A stretch of 64,000 bases of DNA from positions 1-64,000 of IMG/VR virus record IMGVR_UViG_3300027628_000010, one strand, 5' to 3'. This document shows, piece after piece, positions 40,338 through 49,761 of this stretch; positions within the stretch are counted from its first letter, which is position 1; every line of letters begins with the position of its first letter. Under the pieces are notes generated by a model. That model was not told the DNA's origin. It was given only the letters and a program-made list of their open reading frames with translations, and ran no database searches. This DNA comes from a virus. Taxonomy: Duplodnaviria > Caudoviricetes. A program made the position numbers and the translations under genes.

Positions 40338-41432
40338 TTGGTAAATAGTAAACGAAAAGTATTATTTCTTCAAGAGCATTTAAGAGAAGACCATGTGAAG
40401 ATGACTGATCAATACGGCGGATTCAAAAACGTGTTCTTCCAAACAAAAGGCGGTTCCATTCTTAAGAAACTAGTCGAACAGAAAGATGGACTTGGACTTA
40501 AACGTGGAGAATACTATATCGATTATGCCTATAGTTTAATTCCTACTGTAACGGCTCGTAACAAATGGAATAACAAAGCTTCAAAATACAAGCCCGTTAC
40601 ACAGAAAGAAGCAAACCCAGAATACGAATTTTTGTATGAGCGGATTGTAAGAGAAAAGCCAGACATTATTATTCCCACAGGTAAGCTTGGATGTAAAGCC
40701 TTAATCGGTCAATCGTCTATTTCTACGTTACGTGGGGTGCCTCAAAAAGTCACCATTACTTCAAACAGAGTAGCAGAACAACCACAAGCTCCAGCACCTA
40801 CAATGGACGGGGAAACTTACGCTAAATTACAGCAACAGATGGCAATGCTAGAGGAACAAAAAGAAGCATTCCTCAGCGCATATGGAGATCGTATAGAAGG
40901 TAGTAATGGTCTTAAGAAAGAGTATGGAGCCATTGTATCTCAGATTGAACATTTGCATAATCAAGTAATGGCTAACCAGCAACAGCCGGAGCCGACAGGC
41001 AATACACATGAATGTTGGGTACTCCCTATGTACAGTATGGAGTATATGCTTGTGAATCCAAATATCCAAAACTTAATTGAAGCGGACTTTGGGACTCTTC
41101 AGAAGTATCTTGAACAAGGGGATTCAGCGTTTATAGCTGCTCCAGTAGAGTACGAGCATGTAGAGTCAATCGAACGTGTTAGAGAAATCTTTACACAAGA
41201 GATTCCAAAAGCACCTATCGTTGCATGGGATTTAGAGACAAACACATTAAAACCAGAATTAACAGGCGCTAAGCCTCTTGTAATATCTCTGTCTTGGGAA
41301 GAGGGAACAGGTGTTACAATCCCACTAGAGCATAAGGAGTTTACGTGGTTACCGGGACATCTTGCAGAGATTTATAACTACATAGAAGAGTTTGTCGGTA
41401 ATGAAAACATTATCAAAGTCGGACACAACATT
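40338..41432 (+). CDS. DNA polymerase (family A) exon 1: UDG-like domain and start of 3'-5' exonuclease
   Basis: EKPDIIIPTG...ISTLRG...WVLPMYS UDG-like fold; WDLET (ExoI); ends GHNI at the 5' splice site. Confidence 0.9.
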
Positions 41433-42223
41433 TAACACAATGGGTGTTGTAAAATCCCTCTCATAACGGTGGACGCTAAGTCGAAAGATACGCCAATACC
41501 GTGCCTACAGTACTGGTGACAGTAGCTGGGGTGTAGAGACTGATTCGAGCCTTCGTAGGGCAAGATGAGAAGTGGTGTAGTGGCTCCAAAAGGAGGTAAC
41601 TACTATGAAAATATGTACAAAATGTCAAGTACCTAAAGATGAGAGTGAGTTCAATAAAGGCAATAAAAGAAAAGACGGTACTCGTCCTCTAGTAGCTCAA
41701 TGTAAAGCTTGCCTATCAGCGTATAAGCGTAAGCATTATGGTAATAACAGAGCTAAATACTTAGATAAGGCAAAAGCTCAACGAGAGAACAACCCGGAAG
41801 AGCTTAAAGCCTATTGGAAAGAGTATCATCAAAAGAACAAAGATAAACGGAATGAACAGATGAAGGAATATGCACAAACAGAAGAAGGCAAAGCAGCTAG
41901 ACAGAGAGCTCAAGAGAATTACAGACGCTCCGATCAATACAGCTTAAAGCAAAATGCCCGTAAAAAAGTCTTACGAGCTTTAGATGCTGGTAAACTACAG
42001 AAACCTTCTAAGTGCAGTATTTGTAAATGTGAAGTTCCGTTAGAAGCTCATCATAGGGATTATAGTAAGCCATTAGAAGTAGAATGGTTATGTAAAACTT
42101 GCCACGAAAATGTACACCACTTAAATGAGGGACATGAATCTGTATAGGTATCTACGAAAAAACCTATTGGAAATGGTTCATGAAGGTATAGTCCACTCCT
42201 AACCGAAAGGTTAGGGTAAAGTG
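41433..42223 (+). mobile_element. Group I intron (IA-like), 791 nt, in the polymerase ExoII motif
   Basis: Exon ends in U, intron ends in G; splicing restores GHNI-QFDI; P1 ACAACAUU/GGUGUUGU; P7 AGAGACUG/UAGUCC (GTAGAGACTG, AAGGTATAGTCC); P9 CCTAACC-GAAA-GGTTAGG. Confidence 0.92.
41605..42147 (+). CDS. Intron-encoded HNH homing endonuclease with zinc ribbons
   Basis: CTKC...CKAC; CSIC...EAHHRDYSKPLEVEWLCKTCHENVH. Confidence 0.88.
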   Translation: MKICTKCQVPKDESEFNKGNKRKDGTRPLVAQCKACLSAYKRKHYGNNRAKYLDKAKAQRENNPEELKAYWKEYHQKNKDKRNEQMKEYAQTEEGKAARQRAQENYRRSDQYSLKQNARKKVLRALDAGKLQKPSKCSICKCEVPLEAHHRDYSKPLEVEWLCKTCHENVHHLNEGHESV

Positions 42224-44452
42224 CAGTTCGATATTCGTTTCCTTCGATTAACAAAAGGATTTACTAAGTTTGTCAATCATCGTGATACGAAGGTTATGTA
42301 CTATCTACTAATCAATCAGGAAGTTGAGTCTTCTTTACGATTAAGTGATATGGCATACGAGCTTACAGACATGGGTGGATATGACCGAGCTTTAGAAGAT
42401 TACAAAAAGAAATATTCAGCAGACTATATTGCTAAAGAGAAAGAGCGTATTAACAATTGGAAAGCTGAACATAAGAAAATGGTTTCTGAAGCAAAGGCAA
42501 AACATAAAGCAGAAGTAACCGAGCTTAAGAAACATTACCGGGAGTTAGTTAAGGCAGAGAAAAAGCTTGCTAAGGTAGAAGAAAGAGAGCCTAACTATAT
42601 TCCTGAGCCAGTTCTTCCAGAAGCGCCAGTGTTTGAAAAGCCAGACTTCGGTGAAGCACAAGCACCAAAGAATGAAGTGGACCAATCCGATTTTAACTAT
42701 GAGTGGATTCCATTAAAAGATATGCTTTCTCCTTATGCTAGTGGAGACGTAGATTGCTGTTTACGTATCTATAACAAGCTAGACGTTGTAGGGAAGAAAT
42801 CGGAGAACGAAAGAATCCGTAACTTATATACAGGACACTTTACACAATTGACTGCTAGCTTAGCAGAAATCGAAGCAAACGGCGTTATGATGGATGTAGC
42901 TTATACTCAAAGCCTTGTAGACGCATATACAGAGGAAGAAGATCGAATTGTACAAGAACTTCGAAAATTCCCGGAAGTACAGCGCCTAGAAGCAGAGCTA
43001 ACAACTCTGTATCAAAGAGGTATTGAAGAGTGGGCTAAGCCGCCAGCAGAACGTGATGAAACAATCGCTAAGTTACGAGATAAATATAAAGATGGCAAAA
43101 CGATTTTTAGTCCAAACTCTTCAGAGCATAAGAAAAAGGTTCTTTTTGAATACACGGGAATTAAACTTCCTTATAACAAAGAGTTCCTAGTCAAATCAGC
43201 TGTAGAAGATGGACTACCTGAAGATCAAATCGAATGGTACCACTATAAGACGGATACAAAAGCAGCACTTCCATACTTAGTAGAGAACCATGAAGAAGTA
43301 AAAGAACTAGCAGAAATGCTACTTACCCATTCATTAGTTAAGACACGTAAGCAAAACTTTACGTACAAACTATTGAAGATGATTGACCCTGTAGGAAAAC
43401 TGCATGGGGGATTTAACTTAACAGGGACTGCAACATCTCGTCTGTCATCACAAAATCCAAACTTACAGCAAATGCCACGTAAAACAGGTGACGTTACACG
43501 ATTCGACTATAAGCACCCGATTAAGCGTATGTTTGTTACAAGCTTTAAAGGCGGAGCATTGCTACAGCTGGATTACAGTTCCTTGGAGTCTAGGATTCTT
43601 GCTTTAGCCGCTAAAGATGATGAAATGACACAAGCCTTTTTAGATGGGGCTGATATCCATAAGGAAACTGCATCTCTAGTATTCGGCGTACCAATCGATC
43701 AAGTTACAGACGATATGCGTTCTAGTGCCAAGAGTACAACGTTCGGTATCGCCTACGGGGAGACTCCATTTAGTTACTTCGCTAAGCATGGTATGACATT
43801 AGAGCAAGCTGAGAAACTATTTGAAGACTTCTTCAGAAACAAACCACGTATTAAAGCGTTTATCGATGAAATCCATGCATTTGTTAAGAAACATGGATAC
43901 GTAGAGTGTATGCAAGGCTTTAGACGTAGATTACGTGACATTTACTCACAAGATAATTCTAAAAAGAACTCTGCACTACGTCAATCAGTAAATACAGTTA
44001 TTCAGGGTACAGGTGCATTCTTAACGAACTCATCTGTTATTCATATCAATAACTTTATTAAAAAGAATAACTTCCGTTCTAAAGTTATCCTTACCGTGCA
44101 TGACTCTATCGTACTTGATTGTCCACCTGAAGAGATTCACGTAATGGCTAAGGTAGCTAGACACATCATGGAAAACTTACCGATTGATTGGCTATATATC
44201 GATTGGAAAGGTGAGCGTTTACGTTACCCAATCGCCGCTGATATCGAGATCGGCGTGACGTACAATGATATGGTGGACTATGACGTAGAGGAGCTTAACA
44301 CGTTCCAATCCGTTAAAGGATACTGTAAGTTCCATTTAGACCTGAAGAAGGTTAAGAACTACCGAGAGTCTAAAGTTATAGACAAAGAGAAAGAAGAGCA
44401 GCTTAAAGAGGCTATTAAAGCCAAGAAACAAGCATATCAAATGGTTGTATAA
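42224..44452 (+). CDS. DNA polymerase (family A) exon 2; spliced product ~1107 aa
   Basis: YASGDVD (ExoIII), TATSRLSSQNPNLQQ, LDYSSLESR (A), RSSAKSTTFGIAYG (B), TVHDS (C). Confidence 0.95.
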   Translation, partial: QFDIRFLRLTKGFTKFVNHRDTKVMYYLLINQEVESSLRLSDMAYELTDMGGYDRALEDYKKKYSADYIAKEKERINNWKAEHKKMVSEAKAKHKAEVTELKKHYRELVKAEKKLAKVEEREPNYIPEPVLPEAPVFEKPDFGEAQAPKNEVDQSDFNYEWIPLKDMLSPYASGDVDCCLRIYNKLDVVGKKSENERIRNLYTGHFTQLTASLAEIEANGVMMDVAYTQSLVDAYTEEEDRIVQELRKFPEVQRLEAELTTLYQRGIEEWAKPPAERDETIAKLRDKYKDGKTIFSPNSSEHKKKVLFEYTGIKLPYNKEFLVKSAVEDGLPEDQIEWYHYKTDTKAALPYLVENHEEVKELAEMLLTHSLVKTRKQNFTYKLLKMIDPVGKLHGGFNLTGTATSRLSSQNPNLQQMPRKTGDVTRFDYKHPIKRMFVTSFKGGALLQLDYSSLESRILALAAKDDEMTQAFLDGADIHKETASLVFGVPIDQVTDDMRSSAKSTTFGIAYGETPFSYFAKHGMTLEQAEKLFEDFFRNKPRIKAFIDEIHAFVKKHGYVECMQGFRRRLRDIYSQDNSKKNSALRQSVNTVIQGTGAFLTNSSVIHINNFIKKNNFRSKVILTVHDSIVLDCPPEEIHVMAKVARHIMENLPIDWLYIDWKGERLRYPIAADIEIGVTYNDMVDYDVEELNTFQSVKGYCKFHLDLKKVKNYRESKVIDKEKEEQLKEAIKAKKQAYQMVV

Positions 44453-44480
44453 GTTTTTTAAAAAAGTTTGTACTTTATAC

Positions 44481-44509
44481 TTGCAATACAGACAAGGTTA
44501 TAGTATTAT
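44481..44509 (+). promoter_or_regulatory. SigA-like promoter
   Basis: TTGCAA-N17-TATTAT. Confidence 0.55.
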
Positions 44510-44565
44510 AGATTATACAGAGAGGCGATACAAGCCTCTCAGTAACCAAAAGGAGGAGGAACTGA

Positions 44566-45087
44566 ATGGAAATCAAGATTGATTCATTCGACTTCGATCT
44601 TCTAAGACTAGTAGATGAAACTGGGCAGTACATGGAGTACAATCTCCGGGATGAGCTGAAAGTAAATGAGGCTAACCTAGAGATAGAGATGTTGAACCAG
44701 CCAGCCAAATTCATTTACTGGGCTTCCATCTTGGAAAAGCTTAAATACTTCCAAGAAGCTAAAGAGCTCGAAGCAGAGCAAGTTACAGCTCGAGTAGATA
44801 CAGAAGCTCGAGACAAGTACAAAGGTACAGAGACAAAAGCCACGAAAGATGTAGTAGAGGCATATCGGAAACAGCATGAGGACTACATAGCGATCATGAT
44901 GGAGTTACAAAACTATAACTACATTGTAGGGCGTATTGCTCGTATCGTAAAAGCCTTTGAACAACGTAAGGACATGTTACAGTCTTATGGTAAGCAAATC
45001 GCTGAGCAGAAGATGTTCGGTAGAGGTGCTGGTTCCACATTACACGATGGCGGCTATAACAATATGACTCCGGGAGGAGGGTATTAA
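44566..45087 (+). CDS. Recombination mediator UvsY-like protein
   Basis: Helical; EMLNQPAKFIYWAS...IVKAFEQRKDMLQS; near SSB and RecA. Confidence 0.55.
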   Translation: MEIKIDSFDFDLLRLVDETGQYMEYNLRDELKVNEANLEIEMLNQPAKFIYWASILEKLKYFQEAKELEAEQVTARVDTEARDKYKGTETKATKDVVEAYRKQHEDYIAIMMELQNYNYIVGRIARIVKAFEQRKDMLQSYGKQIAEQKMFGRGAGSTLHDGGYNNMTPGGGY

Positions 45088-45303
45088 GTGACTAATGTAG
45101 TTAAAGTAGCGTGTTGGTATTTATTCTTCTACATTACACTATTTGTTGTATGGCTTATTATATCTGATTGGTTGTTTGGAGGGATATACGTTTCAGAAGA
45201 ATGGACACCAGTTGCTGTAGGTGCCGGAGCATTTTTTACCTCACTGTATCTAGTAGATGCATTAAATAAAAGAAAGCAGGGGAAAGCAAATGGAGAAAAG
45301 TAA
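45088..45303 (+). CDS. Small membrane protein (2 TM)
   Basis: Two hydrophobic segments; GTG start after GGAGG. Confidence 0.6.
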   Translation: MTNVVKVACWYLFFYITLFVVWLIISDWLFGGIYVSEEWTPVAVGAGAFFTSLYLVDALNKRKQGKANGEK

Positions 45304-45496
45304 TTTACGATATTCATTTGAGAAGATGCATTCAGGTAAGCATAATTACCAAGTACGTATTAATGGTCAATTCATTACGTATGCAGATAAGAAAGACTCT
45401 GCATTGCTAGATAAAGAGTTAGCTGAGTTAGGCTATACATCTCGTAAAGAGGTCTATGACGAGTGTGTAGAAGCAACTATGAATATGCAAAAATAA
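45290..45496 (+). CDS. Hypothetical protein
   Basis: 68 aa. Confidence 0.55.
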   Translation: MEKSNLRYSFEKMHSGKHNYQVRINGQFITYADKKDSALLDKELAELGYTSRKEVYDECVEATMNMQK

Positions 45497-45520
45497 TTAA
45501 AAAAAAATGTTATAAAATGC

Positions 45521-45550
45521 TTGACCATAACATACAGTCTATGTTATACT
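45521..45550 (+). promoter_or_regulatory. SigA-like promoter
   Basis: TTGACC-N18-TATACT with TG extension. Confidence 0.65.
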
Positions 45551-45621
45551 GTTAATACAGTGAAGGAAACGAACTTCACTAGTAAAAAAAATACTTTAAT
45601 ATTCTAGGAGGAAAAGTACAT

Positions 45622-46974
45622 ATGTCATTCGCTGATATCATTAACCAAGAAAGCAAGAATTTAGAAAACAACAACGGTGGAGATAACGCCAAAGTAAAAT
45701 ACCCGGAGACAAAACACAAACGTTTATTCTTCGCTAAAAACGAGCGTGAGTTATTAATTCAAGTACTACCGTCTGCTAATCTAGTAAGCGCATTTGCAGC
45801 TCCAGTTCGTAAAATCTTCTTAAGTGCAAAAAGCTCACAAGGTAAAGACATTAACTCGAACTTCACATTAGATGCTGACCCAAATCCGGGCTCTATCTTA
45901 GAGCAAAAGATCGCTGAATGGTCTGGTAAAGGATTGATTCCTAACGGATTCGGTGGACAACAATCACCTAAACGTGCGTTCCTAGTAAACGTAGTTAAAA
46001 TCGTACAGAACCCAGCTAACCCTCAACAATGGTTACAAGAGCGTGACGAGCACGGTAACTTAGTGGTACGAGTATTTGAAATGCCACAATCGGGCTATGC
46101 TAACTTAATTCGTAAGTTACAAGACCCATTCATGAATAACTCAGGTTCGGAGCTATCATTCTTAGACCCTAATAAACCAGCTCCTATTAAAATCTCAAAA
46201 CCTGCTAAAGGTCAAATGGAGTACCCAGTGGATGTTTACACTAACTTCCCATTACCTGCATTAGGTCAAGGATGGGAAAACCAATTAGAAGATTTACAGG
46301 CTCAAGCAGTTCCTACAGAGCGTTTAGAGAACGGGTTACAGTGGGTACAAGCGTTTATCGATATGAAAGAAGGACGCAAACCAACTCGTAATAACGATGA
46401 TAACCAAGGACAGCAGCAGCAGCAAGCTAATCCTTACGCTCAACAAGGACAATCACAACAAGCTAACCCGTTTGCACAGCAACAACAGCAACAAACACAG
46501 GCAAATCCATTTGCTCAACAAGGACAAACACAACAAGCTAACCCGTTTGCTCAACAAGGACAAACACAACAAGCTAACCCGTTTGCTGGTCAACCACAAG
46601 GACAAGGTAATCCTTTTGAAGCGACTCAACAGCAACAGCAAGCTAACCCATTTGCAACGCAGCAACAACCTGCTCAACAACAGCAAACACAAGCTAATCC
46701 GTTTGCTCAACAACCACAAGGGTTACAGCAAGATCAATTACCTGACAGTATGGGCGGTGGAGTTGACCAAGCGTTAAACAACTTGCCACAAGCACCAGCT
46801 GAACAAACACAGCAACAACAACAACCAATGCAGCAGTCACAACCGACTGTACCTGCTCAGCAATCACAACCAACAATGCCACAACAAAATGCACAGCCAA
46901 CAATGCCAGCACACGCTAACAACAATGGCTTAATGGACATTGACGCAATGCTTGACCAAGAGTTAGGTAACTAA
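45622..46974 (+). CDS. Single-stranded DNA-binding protein (gp32-like) with Q-rich low-complexity linker
   Basis: Position before recA; acidic tip MDIDAMLDQELGN; Q/NPF repeats. Confidence 0.65.
   Translation: MSFADIINQESKNLENNNGGDNAKVKYPETKHKRLFFAKNERELLIQVLPSANLVSAFAAPVRKIFLSAKSSQGKDINSNFTLDADPNPGSILEQKIAEWSGKGLIPNGFGGQQSPKRAFLVNVVKIVQNPANPQQWLQERDEHGNLVVRVFEMPQSGYANLIRKLQDPFMNNSGSELSFLDPNKPAPIKISKPAKGQMEYPVDVYTNFPLPALGQGWENQLEDLQAQAVPTERLENGLQWVQAFIDMKEGRKPTRNNDDNQGQQQQQANPYAQQGQSQQANPFAQQQQQQTQANPFAQQGQTQQANPFAQQGQTQQANPFAGQPQGQGNPFEATQQQQQANPFATQQQPAQQQQTQANPFAQQPQGLQQDQLPDSMGGGVDQALNNLPQAPAEQTQQQQQPMQQSQPTVPAQQSQPTMPQQNAQPTMPAHANNNGLMDIDAMLDQELGN
46510..46587 (+). repeat. Two perfect 36-nt tandem repeats (+6 nt) inside the SSB linker
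   Basis: TTTGCTCAACAAGGACAAACACAACAAGCTAACCCG at 46510 and 46546 (FAQQGQTQQANP). Confidence 0.9.
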
Positions 46975-47051
46975 TTGTAAGCAGAGAGTAGTAGCCTAGT
47001 TAATCGCTAGGCTCTACCTTTGATATAAACTCAGATTAATAGGAGGAAATT

Positions 47052-47414
47052 ATGGAAAACAAAACTGTTAAGGTATCTCATCCATTACTTACTGAAAAGT
47101 ATACAAAGGTTTATCACGAAGCAGAACCTAAGTTTAATGCACCTCACCACTTTGATGTTACAGACACTGAAGGAAATCTATTAGCAGGAGTTAACTTCCA
47201 AGAGGGACCTATCCTCGAGGCAGGCGTTAACGGAGTCTGTAATGAAGACTTACTTGTTATGGTTCTACTTCGATTACAAGGATTCCAAAACAGCCCATTC
47301 AGCTGTAAAGAAAATGCTATGGCAATTACAAAGATTGAAGAAGCTCTCCTATGGTTACGTAAGCGTACAATGGGACGAGAGCAAAAAGGTATCGAAGGCA
47401 CTCACAAGCTTTAA
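47052..47414 (+). CDS. tad1: Tad1-family anti-defence sponge protein
   Basis: FQEGP...[39 protein letters not shown]...R...I.GT aligns with remembered Tad1 FQKG...GV.D.DLL.IV.DRL.SFQ.GPFS.REN..A.T..EEAL.W..RR...R...V.GT. Confidence 0.85.
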   Translation: MENKTVKVSHPLLTEKYTKVYHEAEPKFNAPHHFDVTDTEGNLLAGVNFQEGPILEAGVNGVCNEDLLVMVLLRLQGFQNSPFSCKENAMAITKIEEALLWLRKRTMGREQKGIEGTHKL

Positions 47415-47475
47415 TCTCTATCATACTTAAAACCTACATTAAAAATTCTAGTTACATATACGGAGGGAAATTAAT

Positions 47476-48687
47476 TTGGCTAAAAAGAACAGTAAATTAA
47501 ATATTAATCCAGTAGATATCGACTTATCAGCATTAGGAAGTGAAGCAGGTCTAACAATCTTACATGATTCAGACTATGCAATGGTATTTGACCGCTTACC
47601 TCTTTTCTTACCGAAAGTAGACAAGGCAATCGGTGGTGGACTTCCATTTGGAAGAATGATCGAGGTCGCAGGTAAGAACGCAGGTGGTAAATCCACATTA
47701 GCTTTCCATGCTGCTCGAGTAGGTACTGCACTAGGCTGTATCGTAGTATTAGTAGATGTAGAGGGTACAGCAGATCGTATCCGACTAGCTCACCTAGGAA
47801 TCGATACACGTAAAATCTTAGTTAAGCAGCCGGACCCAGAGCAAGGTATTAACTTAACGGTAGAAGAAATTGGACGAACAATTGAAGATACATTAGAAAT
47901 CTTCAAAAAGAAATATCCGGGTGTACCTGTTATCTTTATCTGGGACTCTGTAGGTCAAACGCCTTCTAAAGTCGAGCTAGATAAAGATTACGGTGACCAA
48001 AACGTAGGTGCTCGAGCAAAAGCAATTACTCAGTTCATTACGAAGGTTGCTCCACAGATTTCAGAAACGAAGTCTATGTTAATCGCAATCAACCAAATTC
48101 GTGATGACATCGGCGGAAATCCAATGTTCCAAACGATGAAAGTACCGGGCGGTAAAGCTTGGGAGCATTACGCTTCACTTCGTATCGAGATTAAAAAGAA
48201 AAATGCAATCAAAAAAGGGCAAGACAAGATCGGTCATATCATGGGTGTTAAGGTTAACAAATCCAAAGTATGCCGACCACATCAAGAGGCAGATGCTTAC
48301 TTAATCTCCGACAACGGATTGGATTACGAGTACAATATCGCTAAAATGGCTGAGGATGCTAAAGTTCTACCAGCTCCGGGTCAAAGCTACGATTATGTAG
48401 ATGCAGATGGCGTACAACATAAGATGAAGAAAGATTTATTCATCGAGTTCTTACGTACACCTGAAGGACAACAAGTACGTGAGGAATTACTTAACAAGCT
48501 AGTATCAGTAGAGTTTCCAGAAGGTTACGTTGCCCTTACCAATGCTAACCTAGATATCTCAGGCTGGATGGATACAGTCCACGAAGCAGGGTTAACACCT
48601 TTAGATGAGATTGGAGACCTACCTGAACAAGGAGCTGACGATCTCGTTAAAGAGATTGAAGAAGAGATTAGAGGAGAGCAGGAGTGA
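47476..48687 (+). CDS. recA: RecA/UvsX-like recombinase
   Basis: GGGLPFGRMIEVAGKNAGGKST; IWDSV; INQIR; PGGKAWEHYASLR. Confidence 0.92.
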   Translation: MAKKNSKLNINPVDIDLSALGSEAGLTILHDSDYAMVFDRLPLFLPKVDKAIGGGLPFGRMIEVAGKNAGGKSTLAFHAARVGTALGCIVVLVDVEGTADRIRLAHLGIDTRKILVKQPDPEQGINLTVEEIGRTIEDTLEIFKKKYPGVPVIFIWDSVGQTPSKVELDKDYGDQNVGARAKAITQFITKVAPQISETKSMLIAINQIRDDIGGNPMFQTMKVPGGKAWEHYASLRIEIKKKNAIKKGQDKIGHIMGVKVNKSKVCRPHQEADAYLISDNGLDYEYNIAKMAEDAKVLPAPGQSYDYVDADGVQHKMKKDLFIEFLRTPEGQQVREELLNKLVSVEFPEGYVALTNANLDISGWMDTVHEAGLTPLDEIGDLPEQGADDLVKEIEEEIRGEQE

Positions 48688-49091
48688 TTCCTGCTTCTTC
48701 TTTCTACAGTAGAAGGGTGGGTAGTGGAGTGCAAAAAGATAGTCATGGTGAACTAGTAGCTAATACGTTACAGTATTATAGAGAGCGTACAAAAAGTGTA
48801 GATAAATCTGCCCCTAAACCTTACCTTAGTATCAAGCAAAAGCTCCAACAGACCGTTAGTGAGGGAAAACGAGTCTTAATTGACATCAAGGATTCCTACA
48901 GCGTTCAAACAGTAGTTGTACGCTTCGAGTATGTGAGTGACCGCTGGGCAATGGGAAAATCAATTTGCTACCTAGAAGGTGAAGAAGTAGAAGTACCTTA
49001 CTCCATTCATTTTTCAGACATCCTATGTAAACGCCTTAAAATTAAGGTAATTACGGAAGGAGAGAATCCTTTTATAGGAGCCAACAAATGA
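48684..49091 (+). CDS. Conserved hypothetical protein
   Basis: 135 aa between recA and sigma, as in relatives. Confidence 0.6.
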   Translation: MIPASSFYSRRVGSGVQKDSHGELVANTLQYYRERTKSVDKSAPKPYLSIKQKLQQTVSEGKRVLIDIKDSYSVQTVVVRFEYVSDRWAMGKSICYLEGEEVEVPYSIHFSDILCKRLKIKVITEGENPFIGANK

Positions 49092-49720
49092 GAAATCCTG
49101 AGAAGGAGCAAGAACAGATACTAAATGGAAACCGTTTCGTAGTGAATACCAATGAAGCAACAGGGGTATTCCTACGGGATGTTGATAAGCTAATGCACCA
49201 ATACCGTAACTTACGGTTAAGCGTGTATAATAGCTTTAAAGAATACTTACCAGACCCTGTATCACAAGCAGAATTAATGAGCTATATAGACGAGCAATTT
49301 GTTCGTTTAGTAAAGGAATATGATATTAACGGTCCAGTAGACTTCCCCGGGTATATTAAAACAAAGTTAACATACAGAGTGAAACACTCCTATATCAAAG
49401 GAGAGTACCGGGACCGACAAAGAGTATTCCTTCCAAAAAGTGAATTTGACGTATCTAATCTGATTGAGCGCAGCCCTGTAAGAGATGAAGAGCTCGACTA
49501 CTACGAAGTGCTTGAATACACTCTTCAGGATGTAAAGCTTACAGCATTGGAAAAAGAGATTCTGTTCTACCTATTACAGGAGATGACAGACCCTCAAATC
49601 GAAAGAAAAGTCAAACAGAACCATGCCAATTCCAAGATCAGTTCCGCAGTCATTAGAGACTCTTTAAAGCAAATGCAGATATTCCTTAAGACTCGATTAA
49701 ACAATGCTTTAGAGTCTTAA
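49088..49720 (+). CDS. Phage RNA polymerase sigma factor
   Basis: AELMSYIDEQFVRLVKEYD...FPGYIKTKL (region 2-like); region-4-like C-terminus; after recA. Confidence 0.75.
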   Translation: MRNPEKEQEQILNGNRFVVNTNEATGVFLRDVDKLMHQYRNLRLSVYNSFKEYLPDPVSQAELMSYIDEQFVRLVKEYDINGPVDFPGYIKTKLTYRVKHSYIKGEYRDRQRVFLPKSEFDVSNLIERSPVRDEELDYYEVLEYTLQDVKLTALEKEILFYLLQEMTDPQIERKVKQNHANSKISSAVIRDSLKQMQIFLKTRLNNALES

Positions 49721-49721
49721 G

Positions 49722-49731
49722 TGTTATATTA
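49722..49731 (+). promoter_or_regulatory. Putative late promoter TGTTATATTA
   Basis: Exact consensus upstream of holin. Confidence 0.65.
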
Positions 49732-49761
49732 GAAGGAGAACTTACAGAAAGGATGGGTAAT

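Noticed and set aside
40765-41010. Intein in DNA polymerase exon 1
   Set aside because: No intein terminal residues or LAGLIDADG blocks
42147-42149. Read-through or fusion of the intron HNH with polymerase exon 2
   Set aside because: The HNH has its own stop at 42145-42147 before the S/P9 elements; exon 2 joins exon 1 by splicing
46510-46587. 36-nt repeat as a possible CRISPR array
   Set aside because: Copies are contiguous, in-frame and coding, with no spacers or cas genes
46397-46912. Alternative-frame ORFs over the SSB repeat (NKDKHNKLTRLL, LLLL-rich)
   Set aside because: By-products of the CAA/CAG repeat; no RBS
19810-49720. Hydroxymethyluracil or other hypermodified-base pathway as in SPO1
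   Set aside because: No dUMP hydroxymethylase, dCMP deaminase or related gene is recognisable in this window, and restriction-site avoidance suggests unmodified DNA; the rest of the genome is unseen
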